DNA from: Andalucia godoyi And28
Taxonomy: Eukaryota > Protista > Jakobida
NCBI GenBank assembly: GCA_009859145.1
Contig: VRVR01000051.1
Coordinates: 2,549-66,548, forward strand
Direction of reading: 5' to 3'
DNA: 64,000 nucleotides
Part shown: piece after piece, positions 63,847 to 64,000 of the stretch
Numbering within the stretch: the first letter of the stretch is position 1
Layout of the letters: each line of letters begins with the position of its first letter
Position numbers and translations under genes: made by a program
Notes under the pieces: generated by a model
What the model was told of the DNA's origin: nothing
The model's database searches: none
Seen by the model: the letters and a program-made list of their open reading frames with translations, nothing else

Positions 63847-64000
63847 ATGGGCAAGCGAGACATGGCGCGTGAGAATGGGATTCGCGGAGATCGGAATTGG
63901 AAGAAGTCCAAGAAGATGCGCAAGGCGGAGCGTGCGAAGAGTGGCGGCGATGCGGAAGAGCCGCAGCCGTACGTGTCTCGTGTTGGGAATGGGTGGTCGC
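63847..64000 (+). CDS. 5' end of a gene with a basic N-terminus (truncated by the window)
   Basis: ATG after an AT-rich spacer; MGKRDMARENGIRGDRNWKKSKKMRK is open to the window edge. Confidence 0.55.
   Translation, partial: MGKRDMARENGIRGDRNWKKSKKMRKAERAKSGGDAEEPQPYVSRVGNGWS

Noticed and set aside
19-64000. Numerous long overlapping antisense or shifted ORFs (e.g. 90..872, 3705..4742, 17275..18405, 17603..18679, 37958..38758, 45084..46055)
   Set aside because: They are shadows of real genes on the other strand or frame and have no recognisable motifs.
63847-64000. Possible NSUN2/Trm4-like N-terminus
   Set aside because: Only a basic, low-information 50-aa stretch is visible, which is too little to name.

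Overview
Compact, intron-poor eukaryotic (protist) nuclear DNA. About 30 protein-coding genes lie on both strands, separated by short AT-rich, microsatellite-rich spacers, and there are two tRNA genes (Ser-AGA with an intron; Gly-TCC). Ciliary genes (CFAP410, SPATA7-like, an RIIa/EF-hand protein), a DMAC1/DUF4536 gene and PPDK suggest a flagellate with aerobic mitochondria; a jakobid-like organism is only a guess. The most notable hidden signal, not resolved by the ORF track, is a family of Fanzor2/TnpB-derived elements. Two non-autonomous copies with different internal deletions (36532-37065 minus, 62975-63587 plus) share a ~200 bp structured left end and a ~150 bp right end with omega-RNA-like hairpins. 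A third, older relic lies near 10.4-10.85 kb. Other points of interest are a second unexplained ~430 bp dispersed repeat (5.0-5.4 kb / 60.2-60.7 kb), a 2381-aa LRR-ankyrin-anoctamin fusion, a membrane-anchored and sequon-rich protein resembling a phage tail fibre, an RPB3 that keeps the archaeal-type Fe-S cysteines, an alsin-like RCC1-DH-MORN-VPS9 protein, bacterial/chlamydial-like genes, and a DNA polymerase kappa broken by a frameshift inside a trinucleotide repeat. All family assignments come from recognising motifs by eye; no database searches were run.
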